From the NCBI GenBank assembly GCA_965112735.1, contig OZ218950.1:5394001-5458000 (forward strand): a stretch of DNA of 64,000 nucleotides, given 5' to 3'. A program made the position numbers and the translations under genes. The notes under the pieces were generated by a model. The model worked only from the letters and a program-made list of their open reading frames with translations, made no database searches and was not told the DNA's origin. Position 1 is the first letter of the stretch. Each line of letters starts with the position of its first letter. The stretch comes from Phaeosaccion multiseriatum. Taxonomy: Eukaryota; Protista; Ochrophyta, other classes. Positions 39,753-51,870 of the stretch are shown one piece after another.

Positions 39753-42169
39753 ATGGAGGTGGAGGGTGAAGGCGACTTTTACCATGTGGCTTTGCTCATC
39801 GAGCATCTGAAGGCCGAGGACGTTCAGGTGAGTGGGGCGGCTGCTTGACAATAAGCCCTCGCTCGTTCCGAAGCACTGCTGAGCTTGTCGCCCTCGTTTC
39901 CACAGCTGCGTATAAATGCCACGAAAGAGCTGGCCGTGATTGCAGATGCATTGGGGCCAGAGCGGGTAAGAGGTGAGCTTCTTCCGTTTCTCAAGGAGAG
40001 CACAGACGACGAAGATGAGGTGAGAAACAAGATAATTACCATCGCTCAAGGGGATGTTGTTGTGATAATCACGTCTGGCGCGAACTGCTGTGTTGTGGAA
40101 TTGAAAGGTTCTTCTGATTCTGGCGGAGCAGCTGGGGCGTTTGGTGGATGGCGCGGGAGGTCCTGAGTATGCCTACCATCTGTTGGGGCCTCTCGAGGCC
40201 TTGGCAGCCGCTGAGGAGTCCACAGTCAGAGACAAGGTAAGCAGCTCAACTAGCCAGACAGCCAGACAGCCAGGCAGCCAGGCAGCCAGGCAGCTAGGCA
40301 GCAAGCAGCCAACCAGGCAGCTAACCAGCCAGCCAGGCAGGGAGGCTACCTGCTGCCGGACAGCGAACCTGGCAGCTAACTAGCCTATATAGGACCAGCC
40401 TTGACGTCGCGGTGTACCCCTTACCCCCCCCTTCCCTGTAGGCTGTTGAGTCGGCTCAGATGATTGCCAAACGTCTATCAGGAGACCACTTGATGGAACA
40501 CTATGTTCCTCTCCTGCGGCGACTGGCAACGCGAGACTGGTTCACTGCACGAATATCTGCATGCTCACTCTTTGCATCTATTTACCGGCAACTGCCGGTG
40601 GGAGGGGGTTTGAGGTCGGAGATGCGAGAACTCTTCGCGAATCTGTGCAAAGATGATACCCCCATGGTGCGGCGAGTGGCAGCTGCAAACGTGGGGCTGC
40701 TCGCAGAAGAGGTGGAGGTCGAGACTGTGACATCAGAGCTTCTTCCCCTCTTTACTACTTTGTCGGAAGACGACCAGGACAGCGTTCGCTTGCAAACGGT
40801 GAACAACTGCGCTTCGCTGGCTCGAGTGTTGTCGTCAACGGGACAGACGGCGCAAATTCTGCCTGTTGTCCTTGACGCGACCAATGATCGAAGCTGGCGG
40901 GTGAGGTGGAGCGCCGCCAACAAGTTTCACGACTTGTGCGAAGTTTTGGGCACCGAGGTGACGAATGGAGCCATGTGCAGCGCATACGAGAAGCTCTTAC
41001 AAGATGTTGAAGCAGAAGTGCGCACGGCCGCAGCCTTCAACGTCACAAAGGTGGGGGGGGAAGTACATTGAACAGGGAGTGCAAAGTGCTGACATACGCG
41101 CATTTCATCTTCTTTCAGGTGTCCGCACAAATGGATTGTGACGTAGTCTTGTCCAAGATCTTCCCTCATTTGCAGAAAATGGTGATGGATTCTTGCGAGC
41201 ATGTTCGAGCGGCCTTAGCGGCGGTCATCGATGACATGTCTCCGGTCCTGGGAAAGGACCACACAATCAATCATCTACTGCCCCTCCTGCTCGCGTTGCT
41301 GCGAGACAACAATAGCGAAGTCCGTCTCAACATCATTTCAAAGCTGCAAGCCATCAACGAGGTGAAGAGACCCAAGAGACGGCGAAAGGCTGGGTGTGTA
41401 AGCTCGGGGTCGTTAGTATTGAGTCCCCCATCGATCTTAATTTCGCTCTCCCGCCCGCCCCTCTACAGGTTATTGGCGTGGAGCTGCTAAGCCAATCTCT
41501 CTTGCCCGCCATTGTGGATTTGGCCGAAGACCAGCAGTGGCGGGTTCGGATGGCTATCATCGAGCACATTCCACTCCTGGCGCAACAGCTGGGCAGCGCC
41601 TTTTTCAACGAAAAGCTTTGCGACCTCTGCATGGCGTGGCTGGGAGACGACGTCTTTAGCATCCGTATTGCAGCAACGAGCAACCTCAAGCACTTGACCG
41701 ATCTCTTCGGGAGTGAATGGGCGACGAATTTCATCATGCCGAAGGTTGAACAGATGCACTCCCACAATAGCTTCATGCACCGCATGACAGCTCTGTACGT
41801 GATGCAGGTACGCCTGTATGCGTGTGTGCAATTTGTTCGCATTCTGGGCAGCTCCAAACTTGATATCGGTCTGTCTCTCTTCCCCCCCCTGACTAGGTTT
41901 TAGCCGAGTCCCTGGATATACCCACATTACAGGGCGAAGTCCTCCCGCTCGTACTTCACATGGCGAACGACCCTGTACCCAATATTCGCTTCAACGTCAG
42001 CAAGACTCTGGAGCGAATCGCGCAGAGGATGCAGCAGGAGGGAGGCTTGGTGGGGGGGGTTGTGGATACGGATATACGACCCATGCTGAATACCTTGATT
42101 GATGACAGCGACCGAGACGTGCGGTACTTCACCCGAAGAGCCCAAAAAAGCCTTCAAAGTCTAGGGTAG
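39753..42169 (+). CDS. PPP2R1A: Protein phosphatase 2A scaffold subunit A (PR65, HEAT repeats)
   Basis: [67 protein letters not shown] and [12 protein letters not shown]; canonical introns. Confidence 0.93.
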
Positions 42170-42204
42170 ATGACATAATGAATGAACCCTTCCCTTCGCC
42201 GTCT

Positions 42205-42675
42205 CTACGGTGGTTCTTGTTGCTCCAGCTGCTGCTGTTGCTGCTGCTGCTCTACTTCCGCATACATCTGAAGCATGATGAGGTCGAATTCTGGATGAAG
42301 CCGAGCCATCCTCAACTCACTCTCCCGGTCTCTCGCGGAGTTGATTCGCACCATTGCCTTTCGCAAATGGTTGTTGCCGAGTGCCGCCTTGAGCCACGCC
42401 TTGGACTGCAAGCTCGCGAGATCAGCCTCAGTAAGTAGACTCTCTTCTTCCTCTTCCTCAGGAGGAGTTGCAGCAGCCACCCAAGAGCGCTCAATGCCAT
42501 GGGTAGAAGCTCTCCCAGACGGAGAAGGCCGCTTACCCGTGCAAGGCTTCTCTCGCTTGTGAGTCTGAAAGCACTGCACCGAGCAATACGCTGCGCGACA
42601 GCCTGGGCATTTATACTTGTGTTTGGCCTTGTGGCAAACTTCGCAGATTGCCCCTTGTCTCGTGGCAGAGCTCAT
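42205..42675 (-). CDS. ZNHIT3: HIT zinc-finger protein (ZNHIT3/Hit1-like, box C/D snoRNP assembly)
   Basis: CEVC...KYKCPGCRAAYCSVQCFQTHK plus a helical C-domain (LLTEADLASLQSKAWLKAALGNNHLRKAM). Confidence 0.75.
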   Translation of the reverse strand: MSSATRQGAICEVCHKAKHKYKCPGCRAAYCSVQCFQTHKREKPCTGKRPSPSGRASTHGIERSWVAAATPPEEEEEESLLTEADLASLQSKAWLKAALGNNHLRKAMVRINSARDRESELRMARLHPEFDLIMLQMYAEVEQQQQQQQLEQQEPP

Positions 42676-42787
42676 TTCTTTATTTTTTTTTTTAGAGACA
42701 ATGGTGTTGAAAAGGAGCAGAGGCGACGATCGTAGGACCAACATGCTTTACGAAATGCCTTTTTGATCATAATTTCGATACGATAAG

Positions 42788-45268
42788 ATGAATGTGGGGT
42801 TGAGGAGAGGTTGGCTTTCCGCTTGGTGCCGCAATGCAGCGAGGGATAGAAGAAGAAGAAGCATGGGCACTGGAGCGGAGCCAGCGGCAGCAGCGGAGGG
42901 GGGGGGCGTTGCGGAGGCGTCTCTTCCAGTCCCTTCCTCCCTGCAGCTCCCCGTGCGCAAAAGTCTCCCTTTCAATGTGGAGCAACAAATCGTTGCGCGA
43001 TTTACGAAAGCTAAAGACCGTCGCAGTCACGAAGCGGTTATGGACGTCCTGAGAAATCCAACTATAAAGGCGGGGGAGGAGCGGAGTATCTATGAGAGTC
43101 TTGTCAACTCGTACTGCAAGGACAGGGATTTGGTGAGGGCGTATGAGGCTTTGAAGGAAATGCAAGAGCGCTGTGGTATTGAGGAGCTTTCTGCACGTGA
43201 TTTTAGGCCTCTGCTGCGCCAAGCAGCATATTCGCGTCCGCCTTTGCTGGATGGAGGCCATTGGCTTTTGGGGGAGATGAAGAGCCGCGGCATCTTGGGG
43301 GACAATGAGAGTTCCCTCTCTCCAGAGGAGTCTAAAGACCTGTACCTGACGCTCATGGTGATGTATGGTGGGACTGTTGCCTATCCGGAGACGAGAGCAG
43401 GCATTGGCGGCGTGGGCAAGGCGATGGAGAACGTCGAGCTCATGTGGGGCAAGCTGCTGGCCTCTACGGCAGGAGCCTGTGGTGATGGGAAGCCTTGTCA
43501 TCAGGCTTGGATACACAGAGCAATGAGCATGGCTCGCTGTGTGCACGGAGAGTCCCCCAGTATTTCGTCAGACGATGCGCGAGCCTCCCGCGATGCGTAT
43601 GACCGGGCAAAAGAAGCCCTCTTCATGGCAGGAGAAAACTGGCAGTCTTCGGCCTCTTTCTGCGTCCGCGAATTCAAACGCGCCCTCGTGGCCGTGCTTT
43701 GCGCAGGGGCAAGACTCGGGGAAGCACGAGACACAGCGACAAGTCTTATGACGTTTTGTTCTCGCCACAACGTTTTGCCTGAAGCTGTACATTATCATCA
43801 CGTGCTCTCCCACCTCGGTGTGTGGAATTTTGGGACGGATTATGTTCACCGTGTTGGCTTTCCAGCGCTCTCTACGCGCTACCCTGCCGAGCTCTGGACG
43901 GTTCAAGAAGTCGTCACCGCGGCCATGCTCGACGCAGGACATCCATTCACGCAAACTACCAGTACCTTACAATTGCGCATTATACATGCAATGACTAGAA
44001 GTTTCGTCTTGCAGGAGGAGCCTGGGACACGACCAGGAGGCCAGACAGTCGTGGGTGAGACTCTTCAAAGCGCTCTGCATTCTTCTCTGGAACAGGCGTC
44101 GACCGCTGGCGTCAGTCTGGGAGACCAGGCACTTCATCTTCTATTTTGGATACATTTGCGCGCCAAGCCCTACCCTCGACTTGGTCAAGCTCTCGACGCC
44201 CTAGATCAGCTCAGTGAGGACATGCCACCGCACGAGAATATGGTCACCCAAGTTTGGTGCAGGGCCAGGAGTTGTACCGCAGTAGGGTCCGCGGAGCGGA
44301 GGCGGGCGGAGGAATGGAGGTCTCAAATCCATGGAGAGTACATTCCCCAGATGAGAACACCTCCCTCGCGGGGTGGCCCCACCCACTTGGTCTCTTACGA
44401 CCTGGAAGGCGTGACCCGCGCAGTGCGCATGGGCCAGTGGCCATTAGCGTGGCACATCCTGCAGAATGTTCGGAAACACAGCCCCCACAAGTATGTTCCA
44501 TTTACGACATACTCTGGGATTTTCAAGTGCTTTCGTTGGGCCGGACCAGGTATGCTGGACAGGAGACAACACGGAGACCAGACCTACGCTGCTTTAAAGT
44601 GGTTGGTCAAAGATATGCTCGTCATGGGACATGCGCCCGATGTATCCATCTTGAATCGCGGCCTGCTCGCCCTTCGCCGTGAATCGTCAACACGAGGTGT
44701 GAGCGGTATATACGGCACCGATGAGAGGCGGCAAAAGCTCTTGGAGGAGGCACTTGAGTTTTTCGAAGAGCTCACCGGGGCCTCTACAGGGATAGTCCCG
44801 AATCACATGACGTACACCACTCTGATTGCGATTTGTGGCGCGTGTCGTGATGTCGACAAGCTGATGGACATCATGACCTCCATGGCTAAGGATCCCAGCA
44901 CTCGTCCGGACAAGGCTGTCTTTAGTGCACTGATTCGCGTCGTGTATCTCGTTTCGGGGCCAGAAGCTGCCGAAAGCGTCTTGATAGAGATGACTAACGA
45001 TGGGGTTTGGCCGACGTTGGAAATTGTCAACGCTCTTGTACTTGGAGCCTTGGACCGTGGATCTTTCACCTCGGCGATTTCAGCGTGTCAACACTTGTTT
45101 AATCAGTACGGGGTCCGCCCGCACGCGCACCATTTTCTCCGCCTGATGGAGAGTGTCCTAGAAGAAGGGGACATTCACGAAGCAAGAAGAGCCTTGTCTG
45201 TGGCAAAGCTCTTGTGGCCGCCCGCAAGTACCCACAGCCCCCCACTCGAGTACTGGCCAGATGTATGA
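42788..45268 (+). CDS. Pentatricopeptide-repeat (PPR) protein, probably organelle-targeted
   Basis: 826-aa single-exon ORF with PPR-like units IYESLVNSYCKDRDLVRAYEALKEM, PNHMTYTTLIAICGACRDVDKLMDIM, PDKAVFSALI and PTLEIVNALV; Arg-rich N-terminus. Confidence 0.8.
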   Translation: MNVGLRRGWLSAWCRNAARDRRRRSMGTGAEPAAAAEGGGVAEASLPVPSSLQLPVRKSLPFNVEQQIVARFTKAKDRRSHEAVMDVLRNPTIKAGEERSIYESLVNSYCKDRDLVRAYEALKEMQERCGIEELSARDFRPLLRQAAYSRPPLLDGGHWLLGEMKSRGILGDNESSLSPEESKDLYLTLMVMYGGTVAYPETRAGIGGVGKAMENVELMWGKLLASTAGACGDGKPCHQAWIHRAMSMARCVHGESPSISSDDARASRDAYDRAKEALFMAGENWQSSASFCVREFKRALVAVLCAGARLGEARDTATSLMTFCSRHNVLPEAVHYHHVLSHLGVWNFGTDYVHRVGFPALSTRYPAELWTVQEVVTAAMLDAGHPFTQTTSTLQLRIIHAMTRSFVLQEEPGTRPGGQTVVGETLQSALHSSLEQASTAGVSLGDQALHLLFWIHLRAKPYPRLGQALDALDQLSEDMPPHENMVTQVWCRARSCTAVGSAERRRAEEWRSQIHGEYIPQMRTPPSRGGPTHLVSYDLEGVTRAVRMGQWPLAWHILQNVRKHSPHKYVPFTTYSGIFKCFRWAGPGMLDRRQHGDQTYAALKWLVKDMLVMGHAPDVSILNRGLLALRRESSTRGVSGIYGTDERRQKLLEEALEFFEELTGASTGIVPNHMTYTTLIAICGACRDVDKLMDIMTSMAKDPSTRPDKAVFSALIRVVYLVSGPEAAESVLIEMTNDGVWPTLEIVNALVLGALDRGSFTSAISACQHLFNQYGVRPHAHHFLRLMESVLEEGDIHEARRALSVAKLLWPPASTHSPPLEYWPDV

Positions 45269-45315
45269 GCACGTTCGGAAAAAGAGAAATTGCTATTGGC
45301 ACTTAATTCACCAAA

Positions 45316-47987
45316 TCAAGCATGTGTCCACGACGAAATTACTGGGGGTGCAGGCGACCCCTCAAGCAGTGTGCCTCGCAGCGCCTTGTCTTGCACGAAT
45401 TTGGAGAACGTAGAGAACTGGTTTGTGACAATGTGTGTGGCTCTGGAGCATATCGTAGCATCAACCATGGGTAAGAGCCCACTCGAATCATTCACATCCG
45501 AGTCGAGCCTCGACGGATGCCCAGACTGTAGGAAATCGTTGAGCGTGAGGAGAGGAATCTCGAATAGATGTGCCTGAGCCCGGACAAACTCAGAATCGTC
45601 CGTGGAGACGTATACGAAATCAGGGGTGAGCCCGCGCCGCTTGATCGGCACAAGGGGCGCTAAATTGGAACTGAACAGTTCCTCATCCACCCAACACGCA
45701 CGCTTTTTGCGGAACAGCGCCTGAACCCAAGGCCGGGCTGCTCCTGCTAAATACTCCTCCTTGTACAAAAGGCAGGACTTGGCGAAATCACCCCTTCTCA
45801 AATGTGCACATACATATGGAGGCCTCGCCGCCACTTCTGAGGCTGATTCTGGCCTCCTCCGTCCCCCAAACTTTAAAATCCTTGCCTGGAAAAGAGCGTG
45901 CACCATTGCGGAAATACGAGGGCTCTCTTGGTAAATGTGTGCAACCATTTCTTTGTGGCGCTCTCGATCCTTCCGAAGTCCTCTTTTGCCGGAGAACCCT
46001 CCGAACATGCCAAACATGCCCGTAAAAGCCACGGTTTGATCTGACATGGCCAACGCTGCGCGTTTCCAGCCCGAGGAAGTCGTGTCCTCCATTGGGAAAT
46101 CGACCAAGCTGTCATTCTCAAAGCCGAACAATGCCCGAAAGTATTCATTCGACGGCTGCAGCTGCTGGACCGGGAGGTGCACGTGCAAAACACGGCGAGG
46201 AAATAGCGTCTGTGATGTATGGGCGGCGCAGGTGTCCAACAACATCAAAAAGTCCTGTACAGATATGATGATTCGCTCGCTCGTCAGCCAGCTCAGGTCC
46301 ACTATGCTATCGAATGGAAGCAAAGCCCCGAGACCGTTACCGCTGATGAAGTGGGGCACGACAAGTACGCGACCCAGCAGTGTAGCAACAGCAAGCCCGG
46401 CTTCCAAGGCACGTATTTGGTTGCCCATTCCAAATTGGGGTTGATACAGCAAGAACCTGGCCTCAGACAGCCATTCCTTCTGTGACCAACACGAGCTGCG
46501 ATTCCCATCGTGCCGGGGGGCAGCAACGCTTTTCTCATTCCTGGGTGCCTCCCCACCAAAAGCTTCGTGTTGGTGACAGGGCGGAGAGGAGGACATGTAG
46601 GGGCAGCGGCTGCGAGGAGAGCACACACATAGCGACGGAAATGAAATCAGCTGAGGCCATCTGGTTCGCGCCGTCCAGCAAGGATTTTAATCCAATCCAC
46701 CGTTGTCCATTGTTCCCCCCTCCTCCCCTCCCTGTGCTGTGAGTTCCCACGCCCTTACCCGTCGCGGCTCTGCCAAGAGCCAAGACTGCATCCAGAAGGC
46801 TTTGTGTAGGCGAGTGAAGGTTCTCCAGGGGCCTTGAACTCCAGGTAGTCCTGTCGACAGACAAGGACACACAAGCAGCAGCCAGTCGGCATCCTTGTTA
46901 CGCTCATTTTAGGGTAGCGTCCGCGAAAACAGGTTCATCACACACACACCTGCTCTTCCTCATGGCTCTTGCATCGCCACAGATGATCACTCCGCAGCAC
47001 TGCACCCGAGTCTCTGACGGTGTCCCACCGCTTCCCAACAAGGGCTGTTCCTAGCAGTGTGAAAGGCAGCTTCCCGACGTAAAACTCCTCCCTGCGGTCG
47101 AGTCTGACTGTCTGTATAGCGAGAAGGCGGAAGCGCACCCCGATAAGCCACAAAAGGCCCCCTCAGCTGCACAAACAAGATACAAAAGACCCCATCAGCT
47201 CAACCGAGCAGCAGCAGAAGCCTTAGCACACGCACCTGCGTCGAGATCAAAGAGACCCCTACCACATCAATGGTCGATTCTTCCTCCAGTATCGCCCAAA
47301 GGGTAGGGGTGAGGGAATAGAGAAAGGTGGACGCCAAAACCATAGACTCACTAACTACTACGCGGACTTGCGAGGGCAAGGGATGCCTCCAAAAGACTTG
47401 ACTCAGCTCAGCAGACTCCTCAAGCCCATGCAGATACGTGGCTCCATACGGCCATGTAAAGCCCGCCAGAAAGTCCGTGATGCTCGTGTCATACACTGAC
47501 TCCAGCCAATAGTGTATGTCAAGCTTCCAGGCGGATCCGGCGCCCACCGGGTAGCACGCCTGAAACAGAGAGCTCAGCAGGTCTTGCAAGTCCGAAGCCC
47601 CATCATGACCGCCCACCATAACATGGACTGAAAGGTCCAAGTGCAGCAACCTGGCCTCCAGAGTTTCCCCTTCTGCAGTATCCTGCAAGCGCCCGCACAG
47701 TCCTTCAGGAACCTCATCCAGAGGAAGTCCATCTCGCCGCAGTAGGAAGGAGTGACCAGGTACATATATGGTCTACCAGGGCGCACACAAGCGGTGTTTG
47801 TCAAGACTCACGGTGTGTTCTCAAGGACCTACGAAATCCTCACCTTGCTCAAAGCTGTGAAGGTAGCAGGGGCCACTTCATCTTCATCAAGCGTCGAGCC
47901 CCATTCCTGCTCACGGAGCAACACGAATATCAGTGACAGGCTACATAGGACCAGAGCGAAGGGGAAAACAGAGGAGACGCGAGACAT
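45316..47987 (-). CDS. Type II membrane glycosyltransferase with a C-terminal O-fucosyltransferase (O-FucT) family domain; 5 exons inferred
   Basis: C-terminal motifs FGMGNQ, LGRVLVVP, CAHLRRGDF, VYVSTD and DATICSRA...FSTFS. Upstream exons splice in frame back to MSRVSSVFPFALVLCSLSLIFVLL (signal anchor) at 47987. The O-FucT domain is more certain than the 5' exons. Confidence 0.75.
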
Positions 47988-48480
47988 CCAGAGGGGGAAA
48001 TAAAAGTAAACAGTGTCCGGTTTCAGCTCGTGGGAGCCCCTGCCGCCCTCGGAGAAGGGGATGGGGCCGGTGTGGAGGGTCGATGGGTTGACAGCACACG
48101 GGGTAGGTGGGGCAATTCCTGTGGAGCAGAGGCATCCTGGTCCTCTAGGAGCCTCCTCACACGCGGCTGGCTGTGCTTTCCTTGCCCTTTCTCCCCCGAA
48201 GCCATGTTTTTACATGCTACGTCGGCTCCAGGCGAGTCGGCTCCAGGCAAGGTTTCTCGGGCCCCCGATAAAGCAGAAGCCGGCGGCGGCCTGCGGCCGA
48301 AAGTAAGAAGCCTGCGGCTGGCCTGCGGCCAGAAGCCTGCAGAAAGTAGCGAGAAGCCTGCCAAGTCCCCCATTTTTCTCCCAGCCTGAGAAGCCTGAAG
48401 CCTGACCACTGGCCTGCGGCCAGAAGCCCGAAGCCTGGAGGGGTACGGCAAAGGTGTGAAAAAAAAATAAAAACGCTCAG

Positions 48481-49723
48481 TCATGTATTTCCCTTCTGTT
48501 GTGGATGAAACGAAGGAAGCTCATCCTTCCTAAAAGAGCGCTTCCGTATTGGTTTCGGTGGTGGCGAGGTCCCGTAGATATACGTGGCGAGTACAACGAG
48601 GAGTGTGCCGACCAAGAAATACCGACTGGGCTGGAAGTCGAAGAGGTAGATGGACATCATACACGAAGTGATGATGGAGGCCCCCGCTGCAAATCCCTTC
48701 AAAATGTTGTCCGCATACTTGACAACCACGGCAACCACGAGCCCGCCCAGGGCCTGCAGAGTTATAACGCAAACGACGAGTCCGGAGTACCCGTAAAAGA
48801 AGCCAAACTCCCGCACCTCTCCCAAATGTGCACCGAAGACATTAATCAACGCCAGCAAGACACTTGGGATACCCATTTGAATGTTTCTGACCCAGAGGGT
48901 TGTCTTCGATCCTTTTAGCATCATCTCAAAGTAGACCCCCGCGAAGCCGGACGTGCAGCTCGCAGCCAGGACGCACACCAAGCCAAGCACATGATTCTGA
49001 TCGCCCTTGACACCCTCCTCCGCTGCCGAGCCGCCACCTGGGCTGGACGCTGACGGCAATTCAGCAAGCGCCACCCCCGCAGCAAGCATACATAGTGACA
49101 ACCACTGCCGGCGGGAGAGGTGCTTTCTCAAGAGCACTACGAAGAACATGGCCGTCGTGAGAATCTTGAGCTGGTAAGCCACCTGGTATGTCGTTGCCTC
49201 CAAGTTCGACAGGGCGATGTACAACAAGTTGTTCTGCACCGTGTACAGCAAGGACGGAACCGAAAGCTTGGCCATTTCCTTCGGCTTATTTGCAATTTCA
49301 ATGCGCAGTTTCCGCAGGAAGGCAATCAGACCACCACACTCCTGCGAGAGGAGGGAGAGAGCGGGTGGCACCGTAGAACGTACAAAAAAACATTAGCAAC
49401 CAGCCAGCAAGTAGCAGCTTGCACGGCAAGCATCCTCTTCCGAACAAGCAGAACAAGGCTTACCATATACACCACAGCGCTGCAGGTGGTCAACTTGACC
49501 ACCTCCATCATGGCCACCGCCGTGGAGGCCATGTACTTTGGCCCAGCCACAGTTCGGCTGTATCTCATCACCAGTACTGCGAAAGACCAACACATAGCGG
49601 GGGCAACTCAGACTTTAGAAATGGGATTGGCTATCTGCACAACAAAAACGCAAGGCACCTGGGTTACTAACCTAGCGCGGTGTTCTGTACGATTAAAACG
49701 CATAGTGAGATGTATTTCATCAT
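48481..49723 (-). CDS. SLC35A-family nucleotide-sugar transporter (UDP-Gal/CMP-Sia type)
   Basis: MKYISLCVLIVQN, MRYSRT, YMASTAV, VPSLLYTVQNNL, YQLKILTTA, SGFAGVYFE, LWVRNIQ and VVKYADNILKGF. Confidence 0.9.
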
Positions 49724-49888
49724 CCTAACAGACGCTGGGATGAGAGCCAGCAGGCTCGACGCTGTTGGCTTTTCCACAGCCTGAGGAACAAAAATCCATC
49801 TCTGGCGTAAGCCAGTGAATGGGCGGTTACTCACTCCTCACACCTTCTCATGTCCCGCGCAAGGAGCTCCTAGACACTGCGAGCAGAA

Positions 49889-50940
49889 ATGTTTTCACGC
49901 TTCAACTTCGGAGCATCGTCGAAGAAGACATTCAAGCCCGTCAAGACACACCAGGTGGGGCTTTGTTCGCGAGGAAAGTGCCCACAAGGTTGTGTGACTT
50001 ACGTGCCCTCTGGGTTTGTCCACTTCTCTCTGATAGGATGGCTCCAAGAGAGATGAGCTGCACCAATACACGCGGAAAACCCTGGGCAGGTAGGTATGGG
50101 GCGGTCTCCTCGTCGTCGCCTTTGTTTGTCCCTTACAGCACTCGTTTATCAATCCCCTTGCTTGCACCAGTGGCAATATGCGATTAGCCGTGCAGCTTCC
50201 ACCCTCCGAGGACCTGAACGAATGGCTAGCTGTGAATAGTAAGTTGAGGTGATATCTGTGCGTGGGACGAAGTTGTTCCTCTCTTTGATACTTACGAAGC
50301 GTCCCGGCCTCCTGCCCCGCTACTGTACACCCAACAACAGCCGTGGATTTTTTCAACGAGGTTTCTCTTCTGTACGGCATAGTGTCTGACGACGCGGAGA
50401 GATTTACCCGCCCGGGAGAAGGATTTCCTCCAGGCTTTGAATACTTGTGGGTGCCAGAGGGGGCGAAGGGAGGGAAGAAGCCCACCCCACAAAAATGTGC
50501 CGCCCCTCAGTACGTAGATCACGTCATGACCTGGGTGGAGGACCAAATCAACAGAGAAGACGTCTTCCCTTCCGCGGCAGAAGGGGCATCCTATCCTAGA
50601 GACTTTGTAAAGACGGTGAAGACCATATTTAAGCGGTTGTTCCGCGTCTTCGCGATCATCTACTGTAGCCATTTTGAGGTTATGGAGCAGCTCGGGGCAG
50701 CAGCTCATCTCAACACTTCCTTCAAGGTGCGTTGCTCTTGCCTTTGTCCCCCCTTCGCCCACGCCGCCGCCCCCCCCTGCTCCATTCCCGCGGCGCCTAA
50801 CACGCCGTTTCCTGTTCCTCCCCGCACTCCGCACGCAGCACTTCATCTTCTTCGCCATGGAGTTCGATGTATTACCGCGGAAGGAAATGGACCCACTCGA
50901 GGCCCTCGTCACGCCACTGCTTGAAGAATTCAAAGACTAG
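49889..50940 (+). CDS. MOB1: MOB kinase activator (MOB1-like), 5 exons
   Basis: Spliced MFSRFNFGASSKKTFKP...[34 protein letters not shown]...APQYVDHVMTWV...IFKRLFRVFA...AHLNTSFKHFIFF. Confidence 0.88.
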
Positions 50941-51031
50941 GTTTTTTGGTTGTTAAGTCGCATCTACTCATAGTAGGTCTTATCATGTACGAATAGAACA
51001 AAAAAACACTACTACGAAGTAAGTACTATTG

Positions 51032-51684
51032 TTATGTTGCGGCATAGAGATATATTTTGGTGCCTCGATGGCGCTTAATCTCCAGCGGTTCAAGTCCAGG
51101 AATGCTAAACACTGTCCGACGTTGACGGAGACCAATCCAGAATTATGCATGAAGATATTGCAACGAGGGGGGGCGGGGGGCGGGGGGCGGGGGGCGGAAA
51201 GGGGCCTGAGTGATTGGAGGAAAGATTTCCAGGAGGTGGCGCACGCCTGTGCTTGCTTGTGCGACTCACCATACGAAACAATCCGCACGCCCCTGCTCAG
51301 GCACTCCACGAACTGCTCTCTGAGAAGTTCTATGCCCTTAGGAACGAGATACACAAAGATGGCGGTTGCCGGGCTCAAGTCCACCGCAAGGACGTTGTCG
51401 TGAACGATGGATACCATCTCAGAAAGGCCGCTCTCCTCTACTGAACTTCGTGCTCTCTTCACCCAGGCTTCGTCGTACTCCACACCGACTCCCGTCACCC
51501 CACATTCCTTGGCCGCGCCTATCAGCACCCGCGCGTCGCCGCACCCGAGATCGTACAGAATGTCACAACTTTGGAGACGGAACAGCGCCAGAGCCAGCTC
51601 GACCACGTCATGGCCACTGGGGTTGAAGGGCGCAAGCTTCTCTCCTTTGCAAACTGCCCCCTCGGTCACGCCCGCAGCGATCAT
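51032..51684 (-). CDS. Class I SAM-dependent methyltransferase, FAM173/ANTKMT-like
   Basis: LAPFNPS, YDLGCGDARV, GVEYD, IFVYL, RIVSY|VFSIPG...IYLY*; one intron at about 51112-51269. Confidence 0.8.
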
Positions 51685-51870
51685 ATCGATCTACTCCATA
51701 TCGTATCCCATCGTAGCCAAAGTATCGAAAATAAGGCTCGTGTGTTGGTTCTTCAAAAAGTAACGGGCGGGGCGCAGTGGACTGAGTGGACCTCTCCTTG
51801 CTTGCTCCTTCCTGTCTGAGAGCCTGCCAAGTGCTTATTACTGCTACGAGATCCGGCGCAGAGTCGGAGG

